DNA of 64,000 nucleotides from Bacteroidia bacterium (GTDB lineage Bacteria; Bacteroidota; Ignavibacteria; UBA10030): NCBI GenBank assembly GCA_022180565.1, contig BQML01000019.1, positions 19,381 to 83,380 of the forward strand, read 5' to 3'. Shown piece by piece: positions 53,510 to 62,191 of this stretch (position 1 is its first letter; each line of letters starts with the position of its first letter). The notes under the pieces were generated by a model. It saw only the letters and a program-made list of their open reading frames with translations, ran no database searches and was not told where the DNA came from. The position numbers and the translations under genes were made by a program.

Positions 53510-56029
53510 TCAGTTCCGCGTGACAAGATTGACGAGGAGCCGGTACGCGCCGGGTACGCCTGCAGGAAGCTGACGAAAGAAGGAGTATCCTGTGTAGACA
53601 TACGATCCCTTCCCAAAGCGTGCGAACAGCAGTCCGCCGGCTTTCGGGCGTTCACCGGGATCGTTGCTTTCCAACACGGTTTCATACTGTGCGTCCCAGC
53701 GGTCGGCAAAATACAACCCGCGCTCCTGAACCCAGCCATCGAAATCCTTCGGCGTGATTCGATTAGGAACCGTGAGGAGCGGATGGTCAGGGCGAAGAAA
53801 ACGCACGGGGGCCTCTTCAACCGTGACGCGGTCGCGCGAAACATTGAACGGAAACGGTCCCAGGTTCTCCGCTTCGCCTCGCTGGTTTGTAACGTACTGA
53901 ACAACGTACCGACCCCCGTTCAGAACATAATCCATCAGCCTCTCCTGCACGGCCTTAAGCTTGGTCCGCGTATTGTAAGCCCTCACCCCCGCGATGATGG
54001 CGTCAAATCCCGAAAGATTGGCGCCCTCAAGGTCATCGTCGGTCAACATGCTCACGGAATATCCCAATTGCGTCAGCGCCGCAGGAATATCATCCCCCGG
54101 TCCGGCGATGTAACCGACAGACCCTCCGGGTTTTGCGGCCATGGGTATCCGCACGAGTTTCGCTGAAGCATCCTCCAACAGAACCTGGGGGGTAACATGA
54201 GGATAGCGGATCGTGGTCATTCGGAGGGAAACGATTTTTCCGTCGAGGTCCGCAACGGCGCGGACCTTTCCAGTCGCCGCATCAGGCCCCGGACGGACGG
54301 AAAACGAGACGGTTGTTTCGTCGTCTCTGTTCTCCAGACGGAAGCGATGTGAGCGAGGCGACACAGACCATCCCCTGGGAGTCTCCAGCCGTACAACGCC
54401 GCCGGAACCGCTTCCGGTTCTTGTTACAACAACCCGCACCTGCTTCTCTTCCGAATCCGTGAAGATGTACACCGGCTCATGGATCTTCAGACCGACCGGC
54501 GGCACAACGACAAACGGCCGATCTTGCTGACCTTGCACCGGATCCACCCACTTGAAGCGGAGAGGAACGTCCACACGCATCGTTTGCTCTCCCGTGGCCA
54601 ACGCCACCGTGGCCGTGACCGGCGGATTCTCGGGTTTTCCGATCAACGGCTGATGATCAACATCATACCATGCTCCGCCGGGTTCCTTCACCAACCAGTA
54701 GGGTTGTGAAAAGGGTTGGGAGTCCGGGACACGGATTCTCCGGCCGATTCGAACCGGGACGTTCGGCGGAAGGAGGGAATCCATCACCGCCTCGTTCATT
54801 GCAAAGGGAAACCGGGCTCCGGTGATGCGAAGGGGTGTTGATGAGCGGTTGAGGGCAACAATGGTAATATCGATGGAATCCCCGGGAGATGCCGAAAAAT
54901 GGGATGCAGTCGCCTCGAGGGCGACTCCTGCGCACCCAAGAATCACATTCCGCACCTCTTGATTTTTCCATTCGATCCAGGGGCTCCCGCTCAGGAGATC
55001 AAGCGCGGTGGAGATTTTCAGAAGACCCGGAATACTCTGTTCGGGGTTCAGAGGGTTGAACGCGTCGGAGACTTCCTCCACCAGTTTTTCGACCTCCGAG
55101 GCACCCGGGACTCTTGACCAGCCGAGGTCAATTCCATCAAAGAGGTCGTTCACCGCCCGTTCCCCTGCCGTGTGTTCGAAGTACTGCAGGTTTCTTCCCC
55201 GGTTTTCTGCCGCTCCAAAGCCCTGGCTCTTGTGCATGCTTCTGCTGCGACCTGCAATCTCCGTGTACGAAGAACCGAGGAGCACATTATATTCTCCCAC
55301 ATCCATCGAAACCGCATCCGGTAAGGGATCTCTCCCTGTCGTGCCGAACCGAAACGTATTGAACACAAGACGTTTGGCCTGCCAGGGTTCAACGAATTTC
55401 AGCTGTTCGGGATACTGTTTCGGGTCGGCCGCGGCAAAAAAAGCTTCGCGGGCAAGGATTGCGGAGGCAGTGTGGTTCCCATGCGTTCCAAGCGTATCGG
55501 AGAAACGCGTGATAATCACATCGGGGCGGAATGAGCGGATAACCCAGACGATATCACCGACGATGCGGCGGCGGCCCCAAAGTCCGATCGTTTCTTCCGA
55601 GGTTTTCGAATAACCAAAGTCAATTGCGCGCGTGAAGAACTGCATTCCCCCGTCGATGGCGCGCGCCTCGAGGAGTTCCTGCGTTCTCAGAATTCCCAGA
55701 GCGGCACCCTGCTCCGTTCCCAGCAGGTTTTGTCCCCCTTCCCCGCGGGTCATGGAAAGATAGGCTGTCCGAACCAACCGTCCGTTCGCCAAAGCCGCGA
55801 TGACCGCTGTGTTTTCGTCATCCGGATGGGCGGCAACGTAGAGAGCGGAGCCCAGCACTTTGAGCTTCTTGATGGCGGCCCCAAGTTCCGAAGATCCGGT
55901 CGGGATTCCGGTTTGAGCGGATAAGAAGATAGCAGGGAAGAGCAGTGCAGCGATAACCCCGAACGAACGGCGCAAAATCCTTATTTCCTCCTTTAGGCCA
56001 GGAAACTGGTTCAGCAAAATATACCGCAT
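53510..56029 (-). CDS. multidomain PIG-L/LmbE-family deacetylase (N-terminal) fused to an unassigned central region and a ThuA/DJ-1-like class-I glutamine-amidotransferase-like C-terminal domain; secreted
   Basis: 839 aa; signal-like N-terminus; LmbE motif AAHPDDENTAVIAALA with HxDD; C-terminal GYIAGPGDDIPAALTQLGYSVSMLTDDDLEGANLSGFDAIIAG resembles ThuA-like fold. Confidence 0.75.
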   Translation of the reverse strand: MRYILLNQFPGLKEEIRILRRSFGVIAALLFPAIFLSAQTGIPTGSSELGAAIKKLKVLGSALYVAAHPDDENTAVIAALANGRLVRTAYLSMTRGEGGQNLLGTEQGAALGILRTQELLEARAIDGGMQFFTRAIDFGYSKTSEETIGLWGRRRIVGDIVWVIRSFRPDVIITRFSDTLGTHGNHTASAILAREAFFAAADPKQYPEQLKFVEPWQAKRLVFNTFRFGTTGRDPLPDAVSMDVGEYNVLLGSSYTEIAGRSRSMHKSQGFGAAENRGRNLQYFEHTAGERAVNDLFDGIDLGWSRVPGASEVEKLVEEVSDAFNPLNPEQSIPGLLKISTALDLLSGSPWIEWKNQEVRNVILGCAGVALEATASHFSASPGDSIDITIVALNRSSTPLRITGARFPFAMNEAVMDSLLPPNVPVRIGRRIRVPDSQPFSQPYWLVKEPGGAWYDVDHQPLIGKPENPPVTATVALATGEQTMRVDVPLRFKWVDPVQGQQDRPFVVVPPVGLKIHEPVYIFTDSEEKQVRVVVTRTGSGSGGVVRLETPRGWSVSPRSHRFRLENRDDETTVSFSVRPGPDAATGKVRAVADLDGKIVSLRMTTIRYPHVTPQVLLEDASAKLVRIPMAAKPGGSVGYIAGPGDDIPAALTQLGYSVSMLTDDDLEGANLSGFDAIIAGVRAYNTRTKLKAVQERLMDYVLNGGRYVVQYVTNQRGEAENLGPFPFNVSRDRVTVEEAPVRFLRPDHPLLTVPNRITPKDFDGWVQERGLYFADRWDAQYETVLESNDPGERPKAGGLLFARFGKGSYVYTGYSFFRQLPAGVPGAYRLLVNLVTRN

Positions 56030-56780
56030 GGAGGGCGTGCGTGCAACACAATTCTGTAAACCTCTACTAATCTGTTGAGCCGTGCATCATACACCACCCC
56101 CTCTTGGGCCGCTTGACAATCAAAAAAAAAGGAGATTTTCCAAATGTGTCTCGGGCAATAGCCACCCCTCAATGAAGCATCCGAGTCATATAAGTATTGC
56201 CCTTCAGAGTGCAAGAGAGGTTTTGAGCGGGAGCTACGACGGAATTCAACGTGTCGCTGAGACTGCCGCGGAAGTAGAATGTCCTCATCCCAACTTCGAA
56301 AAGTATTTCCGCATTCCACAACCATCCCTTCGAGGGCATACCTCTATAGAGTCAGAGTATTAAGACCGAAGAGGTTGATTCGAAGAGAATTCAAACTTTA
56401 CTCAGCGGCGAGAGGGATCGGATATCACGGTGAAATAGTACTCATACGTCCCTTGAAGCCCATTCTTGGTATTACTCCTGGGAAAGTGGTTGCTTACTCA
56501 TCCCAACCGACTCAAAGATGTAAAGGAAACATCGAAGTCATAATTGACAATCATTGGTTGTTGAACAATTGTTTGCAGTAGAACACGTTTAAGCACTGTA
56601 CCCCAGCCAAGGTGCGCTATATGAGGTCAAGCATACGGCGTCCCAAAGACACTCATACGACAAAAGGACGGAAGCGTTCGGAATGTTTGGAACGGGAAAC
56701 TGACCGTCGACCAGTTGCGCGAAGTCGCAAAAACCCTCTCTTTATACTAGATGAACTTTTTCATAAAATGGAGGTGCTCT

Positions 56781-56981
56781 ATGAAATCCTTCGCAAAAAC
56801 CTTGTTCCTGATTGTCGTGCTTTCAGTTACGGGCCTAGGCCTGTTGCAAGCCAATTCCGCAGCTGCAGGACCGCAATGGTGTTCGGTCGTCTGTCCTGCA
56901 AACTGCTTTCACGGTTCGTGTCAATGCGAAATTAATCCCAACTGGGACTGCCTGACTTGGTGCCAAAGCGGATGCCCGTAG
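56781..56981 (+). CDS. small Sec-exported cysteine-rich peptide precursor (66 aa; predicted ~37-aa mature peptide with 8 Cys)
   Basis: ATG 56781 preceded by GGAGGT at 5-nt spacing; MKSFAKTLFLIVVLSVTGLGLLQANSAAAG signal then GPQWCSVVCPANCFHGSCQCEINPNWDCLTWCQSGCP (C-x3-C-x3-C-x4-C-x-C-x7-C-x3-C-x3-C); the ORF-track start 56751 adds an implausible N-terminus. Confidence 0.6.
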   Translation: MKSFAKTLFLIVVLSVTGLGLLQANSAAAGPQWCSVVCPANCFHGSCQCEINPNWDCLTWCQSGCP

Positions 56982-57125
56982 AGAATGTTCGACGGAATGA
57001 GCGCTGTCACTCTGATCCACATTCTTGACTTTCGGGGGTGGGGATGGTACCTTTCACCTGAAAATCTCCAAGGGAGTCGAACGACCTGGTTTGAGGAGTC
57101 CCACGACCTGTTCCCTTGTCGACTT

Positions 57126-58070
57126 ATGAATCGATGGATACATGGTCTCGTTCTTCTGATACTGACTCTCAGCCTGGTTTCGTGCAACCAGCCGTTTGAC
57201 CCTCATGGGCCTTTCGAGAATCTCCCTGTTGTCTTCTGCATTCTCGATGGCTCTCAAGACGTCCAGTTTCTCCGCCTGTACACGACTTTCCCCGAATCCC
57301 GGGAAACAAATGTCGAATACCCCATTACGGGTGCCAATGTTGAGGTCACGACGCCCGCTGGGGTAATGATGTTCCGCGATACAACTCTGCCCCGCGTTGA
57401 CACGTCGGTGTTCAAATCCCCCCTTCAAATGTATGCTTCACCTTTTCAACCTCTCTCCGGCCAATCCTATGCCCTCCGCATTCTCTCCCCGCTCGGTGAG
57501 GCCGCTTCAGAAATAACTCTTCCGGCTAACGCCAATTTGACAATCCAAGGTTCCTTCTTTCTCCAGAATCCTCACCAGTCCCCGGAAGACAGCAAGGTTT
57601 TCGTCTTGACAACCCTCTCGGAAGGCGCAAAAGGGTATGTCATCCGCCTTTTTGTTCACTTCGATATCATCAGCGGCGGGTCCAGAGTGAGCCATAGCAC
57701 CGAAGTCCCGATTCTCATCAAGAACAAAGATTTCTCAACGGCTGTGTTCCCGACATTGCGGCGAAAAACCGTTGCCAATGGCTTTGAAGTCTATCCTGTG
57801 GAATTCTATGCATTGACACTTTCGGAAATCCAGAAACGACACCCGACGGGACAGATTGTGTTCCGGAAAGCTGCATTGATCACGCTCCAGGCGGAAGAGA
57901 ATCTGTACAACTATTTCTCGATCGTGAATGCCTTCAATGATCGTTACAGCATCAGAGTGGATGAACCGGAATTCACGAACATCATCGGAGGTCGGGGATT
58001 GTTTGGAGGATTCTCCATCGACTCCCTCATCGTTGACTTGCCGCCAAACTTCCCATACAACAGACCGTAA
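57126..58070 (+). CDS. DUF4249-like lipoprotein
   Basis: ~314 aa from ATG 57126: MNRWIHGLVLLILTLSLVSCNQ lipobox; C-terminal NIIGGRGLFGGFSID motif of the DUF4249 family, which is habitually paired with CarbopepD-type TonB-dependent receptors; longer ORF from 56985 lacks signal peptide. Confidence 0.65.
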   Translation: MNRWIHGLVLLILTLSLVSCNQPFDPHGPFENLPVVFCILDGSQDVQFLRLYTTFPESRETNVEYPITGANVEVTTPAGVMMFRDTTLPRVDTSVFKSPLQMYASPFQPLSGQSYALRILSPLGEAASEITLPANANLTIQGSFFLQNPHQSPEDSKVFVLTTLSEGAKGYVIRLFVHFDIISGGSRVSHSTEVPILIKNKDFSTAVFPTLRRKTVANGFEVYPVEFYALTLSEIQKRHPTGQIVFRKAALITLQAEENLYNYFSIVNAFNDRYSIRVDEPEFTNIIGGRGLFGGFSIDSLIVDLPPNFPYNRP

Positions 58071-58074
58071 CAGC

Positions 58075-60294
58075 GTGAGAAGTGCGGATCGCATATTGGT
58101 AGGTTGGACTGCTTTGTTCCTGGGCGCGTGGACCACTGCATCAGCCCAGAATGCCGTTCTGAAGGGATACGTGCGTGACCAGTTGACAGGAGAACGAATT
58201 CCCTATGCGAATGTGATCCTCGCGGGAACCCCCTTAGGAACGGCCGCCAACGACGTTGGATTCTTCCTCATCGACGTGCCGCCCGGCCGATATTCCCTGA
58301 GGGTAAGCGCCGTGGGATACAGCGTGAAGGATTCCACAATCCACATTGACGCTGTTCGCGCCTTTGAAGCGAACATCGCCCTCACCCCGACGGCCATTGA
58401 AACCGATGAGGTCGTTGTAGATGCTCATCTGCGTACCGAAACAACCGCCGATCAGCCAAGCGTCCACTTTCTTGAGCGATCGGAACTTACCACTGTTCCG
58501 GCGACAAGCCAACCTGATGTCCTCCAGTCTCTCGGAATCCTTCCGGGAGTGGTCTCGACATCCGACGTGAGCTCGAAGTTCCATGTCCGCGGAGGGTCCG
58601 GCGATCAGAATCTCGTTCTTCTCGACGGAATCAAGATCTTCAATCCGTTCCATGCGCTTGGGCTGTACAGCGTGTTTGACCCCGACATCGTGCGGCACGT
58701 TCGCGTTCATACCGGGAGCTTTGGCGTCGAGTACGGGGGCCGATTGTCTTCCGTAATCACCATCCAATCGCGAACGGGAAGGGAGGATAGATTCTCTGCT
58801 CAAGCCAACGTCAACTTTCTTTCGACAAAGCTCCAGATGGAGGGACCGGTTGCCAACCATTCGTCGTTCTTCCTGAGCGCCCGCAGGTCGGTCTTCTCGA
58901 GGACGATTTCAAGACTCACCCATACCAATCTCCCCCTTCAGTTCTACGACGTTTTTGCAAAGGCCACCTTTGAATCCGAATCCGGGGTCAAGATCGACAT
59001 CCTCGGGCTTCTGACCGATGATCGGCTTGCTCCAGGGGAAGAGGACTATCCGCATTTCGCCTGGAGTAATCAGGTGGCCGGACTGACCGTCTCCGGTCTC
59101 CTTTCGGATCGCCTTTTTACTCAGGCGTCCGTTTTCACCAATGGATTCACACATACACAAACAACAAGTTCCGCTCCAACAACGAGCTCTGTTGCTGAAT
59201 CCGGCGTCAGAGCCCAAGCGACATATTATGCGCAAGATCGGAGTCTCTACTATTTCGGCTTCGAGTTCACGTTCCCGGTCATCGAGTACATCGTCACAAA
59301 CAATCTTGGTGAGAGGGTACGGCTCTACAGCATTCCCCCCGAGGCTTCCATTTGGGCAGGATACGAAGACACATTCAAAGGAGGACTCACGCTGAGCGCA
59401 GGATTGCGGGGGGAGGTCGGATCGATGTTCAGGAGAGGATTCCGCACCGAATACCTGCAACCACGCATCACGGTTGCCAAGTCTTTGACGGCCACGGTGA
59501 GGGCGAAGATTTCGTATGGGAGAATCACGCAGAACCTGGCGACGCTGACAAACGAGGACGACGTCATATCCATTGTGGACCCCTGGATCGAAGTACCGCA
59601 GTACTTACGGAGCCAGATTGCCGATCATTGGGTCGCGGGCGTGGATTGGCAGGCCGGTCTCACCACCGCCATCGGAATTGAAGTCTACGCCAAACGATTC
59701 AGTTCCCTCCTTGTCTACAACAGGAGGAAAGTCGACGAACTCGATCCTGACTACATCAGCGGAAAGGGAATTGCCTACGGGGTGGAATGCCTCCTTCGGA
59801 CAAATCCACGTCCGTTTGATTTCTCTTGCGCGTATTCCTTGAGCTGGGTTGAAGTAAACAACCTGGGATTGACGTATCCGCCGCGGTATGATCGACGACA
59901 TTCCATCAATGTCGTGGGGACGTGGACCGTGTCCCAGGGCTTGTCGGTAACTGCACGCTGGCAATTCGGAAGCGGCTTCCCGTACACGCAAACAAACGGC
60001 TCTTATTACCGATTGACCCTCAAGGACGCGATTCCGGGCCCATTTTACCATGAAACGGGTGAACTCTTTTCTGTGTATGGGAAGAAAAATGCCGCGAGAC
60101 TTCCCTCCTATCACCGCCTGGACGCAGGTGTCAGCTATGAATTCTCAGTTTTTGGCTCATTCGAGGGAGCGCTGAACATCACGCTCTTGAATATGTATGA
60201 CAACAAGAATATCCTGTACTTTGACAGGAAAAGAGGTTCAAGGGTGGACAACATAGGATTCTTTCCCTCAGCCAGCCTTACCCTCGGATTCTGA
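58075..60294 (+). CDS. TonB-dependent receptor with N-terminal carboxypeptidase-regulatory-like (CarbopepD_reg) domain
   Basis: ~739 aa from GTG 58075 (4 nt after DUF4249 stop): signal MRSADRILVGWTALFLGAWTTASAQ; CarbopepD-like VLKGYVRDQLTGERIPYANVIL...GRYSLRVSAVGY; plug domain; 22-strand barrel region ending in aromatic SASLTLGF. Confidence 0.85.
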   Translation: MRSADRILVGWTALFLGAWTTASAQNAVLKGYVRDQLTGERIPYANVILAGTPLGTAANDVGFFLIDVPPGRYSLRVSAVGYSVKDSTIHIDAVRAFEANIALTPTAIETDEVVVDAHLRTETTADQPSVHFLERSELTTVPATSQPDVLQSLGILPGVVSTSDVSSKFHVRGGSGDQNLVLLDGIKIFNPFHALGLYSVFDPDIVRHVRVHTGSFGVEYGGRLSSVITIQSRTGREDRFSAQANVNFLSTKLQMEGPVANHSSFFLSARRSVFSRTISRLTHTNLPLQFYDVFAKATFESESGVKIDILGLLTDDRLAPGEEDYPHFAWSNQVAGLTVSGLLSDRLFTQASVFTNGFTHTQTTSSAPTTSSVAESGVRAQATYYAQDRSLYYFGFEFTFPVIEYIVTNNLGERVRLYSIPPEASIWAGYEDTFKGGLTLSAGLRGEVGSMFRRGFRTEYLQPRITVAKSLTATVRAKISYGRITQNLATLTNEDDVISIVDPWIEVPQYLRSQIADHWVAGVDWQAGLTTAIGIEVYAKRFSSLLVYNRRKVDELDPDYISGKGIAYGVECLLRTNPRPFDFSCAYSLSWVEVNNLGLTYPPRYDRRHSINVVGTWTVSQGLSVTARWQFGSGFPYTQTNGSYYRLTLKDAIPGPFYHETGELFSVYGKKNAARLPSYHRLDAGVSYEFSVFGSFEGALNITLLNMYDNKNILYFDRKRGSRVDNIGFFPSASLTLGF

Positions 60295-60381
60295 CGGCAC
60301 GCCTCGAACCGTTCCCTTCTTTTCTTTCCCTTTTTTGACTGATTTCCGTATCTTACTCTCCAACCTCCACAATCCATTTTT

Positions 60382-60891
60382 GTGCCTATGTCCGGATCTT
60401 ACATCTTTCTCCTCCATCTCATCGGCTTCTCTGTTGTCTCGGCCCTCATCATCGCCGGTTGGGTGCTCAATAGCCGGCTGATTGCCGAACAGGACCCCGC
60501 GTTGAAGCTCTACCTGGGGCGCATCATGGGGGGCCTTGGCCTCCTCTCCCCCATCGGCGCCGCCATTCTCCTGATCACGGGAATCGGCAATATCTATAAT
60601 CTCTACGGCGACACGGGCGTGGAGTGGTACACACAGGGATGGCTCGTCGTGAAAATTATCCTCTTCGGCATCTTGGTAGTAAACGGCATTCTGTTCGGAC
60701 CTGCCTTGAGCAAGAAACGCATGAAGATCGTGCAAGCGACGCTTGAGGAGGGCGAAACCGAAGAAACGTCGGCCACGCTCCGCCAACTGAATTCGCAGAT
60801 CCGATGGTTCTATGTCGTCCAGGCCGTTCTGCTTCTGGGTGTTCTCTTTTTTTCGGCCTTCGGCACATCCAAGCATCCCGGATATTTTTAG
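60382..60891 (+). CDS. small integral membrane protein (4 predicted TM helices), unknown function
   Basis: 169 aa MPMSGSYIFLLHLIGFSVVSALIIAGWVLN...; hydrophobic segments alternating with short loops. Confidence 0.6.
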   Translation: MPMSGSYIFLLHLIGFSVVSALIIAGWVLNSRLIAEQDPALKLYLGRIMGGLGLLSPIGAAILLITGIGNIYNLYGDTGVEWYTQGWLVVKIILFGILVVNGILFGPALSKKRMKIVQATLEEGETEETSATLRQLNSQIRWFYVVQAVLLLGVLFFSAFGTSKHPGYF

Positions 60892-60898
60892 ATCCGCC

Positions 60899-62113
60899 AT
60901 GAAACATATCCTCCCCCTCTTTTGCCTTCTCGCTGTTGCTGGGTGTCGGCCTCAGATACCCGAGAACACGATCTGGACCGGCACGATGACGCTCGCCGAC
61001 CAGAAACAGCTTCCGATGAGAATGCACATCGACCTGACTTCAGACCCGCCCTCCGGATCGTTCATTGTCAGCACCGAAGCGACACCGATCCCTGATATCC
61101 GGCGTTCGGGCGATTCGTTGATCATCGAACTCTCGGAATATCAGGCCTCGATGAAGGGGGTGTGGGACGGAAAGGAATGGCGCGGGCACTTCATACGCTA
61201 CAGGACCGATACTGTTTACCTTCCTTTTGCGGTCACCCCTGAACCCCCGGAAAGAAAGGAACCTCCCCCGCCGACAACACCCGCCATTCGGCTTGCGGGT
61301 ACGTATCGGGTGTATTACCACGATCCTGACGGCATCGACAGCGCCACGGTCGCAAAGTTCTGGACAAAGGGAGATTCCGTCTTCGGCACGTTCATCGATC
61401 CCAGCGGCGACCACGGTCTGATGGCGGGAGTGCAGAGGGGAGACACTGCATTTCTGGCGCGATATATCGGCTGGCAGGCCAACCTCATCGAGCTCTACTA
61501 TGAAGAGCAGACCTGGAAGGGCCGGTACTATGCGCGACAGTTCCCTCCTGAAGTCTTCACTCTTGTGCCGAGGCCCGAAGCCGCCACGGTGACCGTGGAC
61601 AAGAAACGAACCAGAATGAAGAATCCTCTCCGCCCGTTCGCTTTCGAGGGCATCACCATCGAAGGCGACACGCTCAGACACACCGATCCGCTCTTCAAGG
61701 GCAAAGCGGTGATTGTGGACATCATGGGGACCTGGTGTCACAACTGTCTCGATGAGGCCCCCGTGCTCCAAAAACTCTACAATGAATTCCATTCCGATGG
61801 TTTGATCATCGTCGGCCTCTCATTTGAGGTGACCGACAATCCCGAGATGGGCAGAAAGAACCTCCGCATTTATCGGGAGCGGCATGGGATCACGTTTCCG
61901 CTTCTGTATGCAGGGAGCCTGGACCGCGAGAACGTTGAAACCCGACTCCATGCGCAACTCATTGACTTCTTTGCCTATCCCACCACATTGTTCATTGACC
62001 GGAAAGGGAGGGTTCGGGAGATTCACTGGGGATTCAAGGGCCCCGGCACAGGGGATGAGTATCAACAGGAAATCGAAACGTTTTATCGTCTGACGAAGGA
62101 CATTCTTCACTAA
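60899..62113 (+). CDS. TlpA/ResA-like thiol:disulfide oxidoreductase lipoprotein with ~250-aa unassigned N-terminal domain
   Basis: ~404 aa from ATG 60899: MKHILPLFCLLAVAGCRPQ lipobox; C-terminal thioredoxin fold with WCHNC (CxxC) in AVIVDIMGTWCHNCLDEAPVLQKLYNEF. Confidence 0.75.
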   Translation: MKHILPLFCLLAVAGCRPQIPENTIWTGTMTLADQKQLPMRMHIDLTSDPPSGSFIVSTEATPIPDIRRSGDSLIIELSEYQASMKGVWDGKEWRGHFIRYRTDTVYLPFAVTPEPPERKEPPPPTTPAIRLAGTYRVYYHDPDGIDSATVAKFWTKGDSVFGTFIDPSGDHGLMAGVQRGDTAFLARYIGWQANLIELYYEEQTWKGRYYARQFPPEVFTLVPRPEAATVTVDKKRTRMKNPLRPFAFEGITIEGDTLRHTDPLFKGKAVIVDIMGTWCHNCLDEAPVLQKLYNEFHSDGLIIVGLSFEVTDNPEMGRKNLRIYRERHGITFPLLYAGSLDRENVETRLHAQLIDFFAYPTTLFIDRKGRVREIHWGFKGPGTGDEYQQEIETFYRLTKDILH

Positions 62114-62191
62114 AGAAAGTCTTTAACGACAGCAAAACGACGGACGATCGATAACGCTCTTGAGAATCCGGAATTCACAAAGGAGATATCA

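Noticed and set aside
53503-53904. 133-aa minus-strand ORF overlapping the 3-prime part of the PIG-L gene
   Set aside because: Alternative frame within a longer gene that has clear domain signatures.
56082-56935. Three 93-107 aa ORFs (56082..56363, 56279..56581, 56612..56935) in the long intergenic region
   Set aside because: They overlap each other in different frames, lack RBS, have atypical composition and the last runs into the well-supported peptide gene in another frame; treated as noncoding, possibly ncRNA or regulatory.
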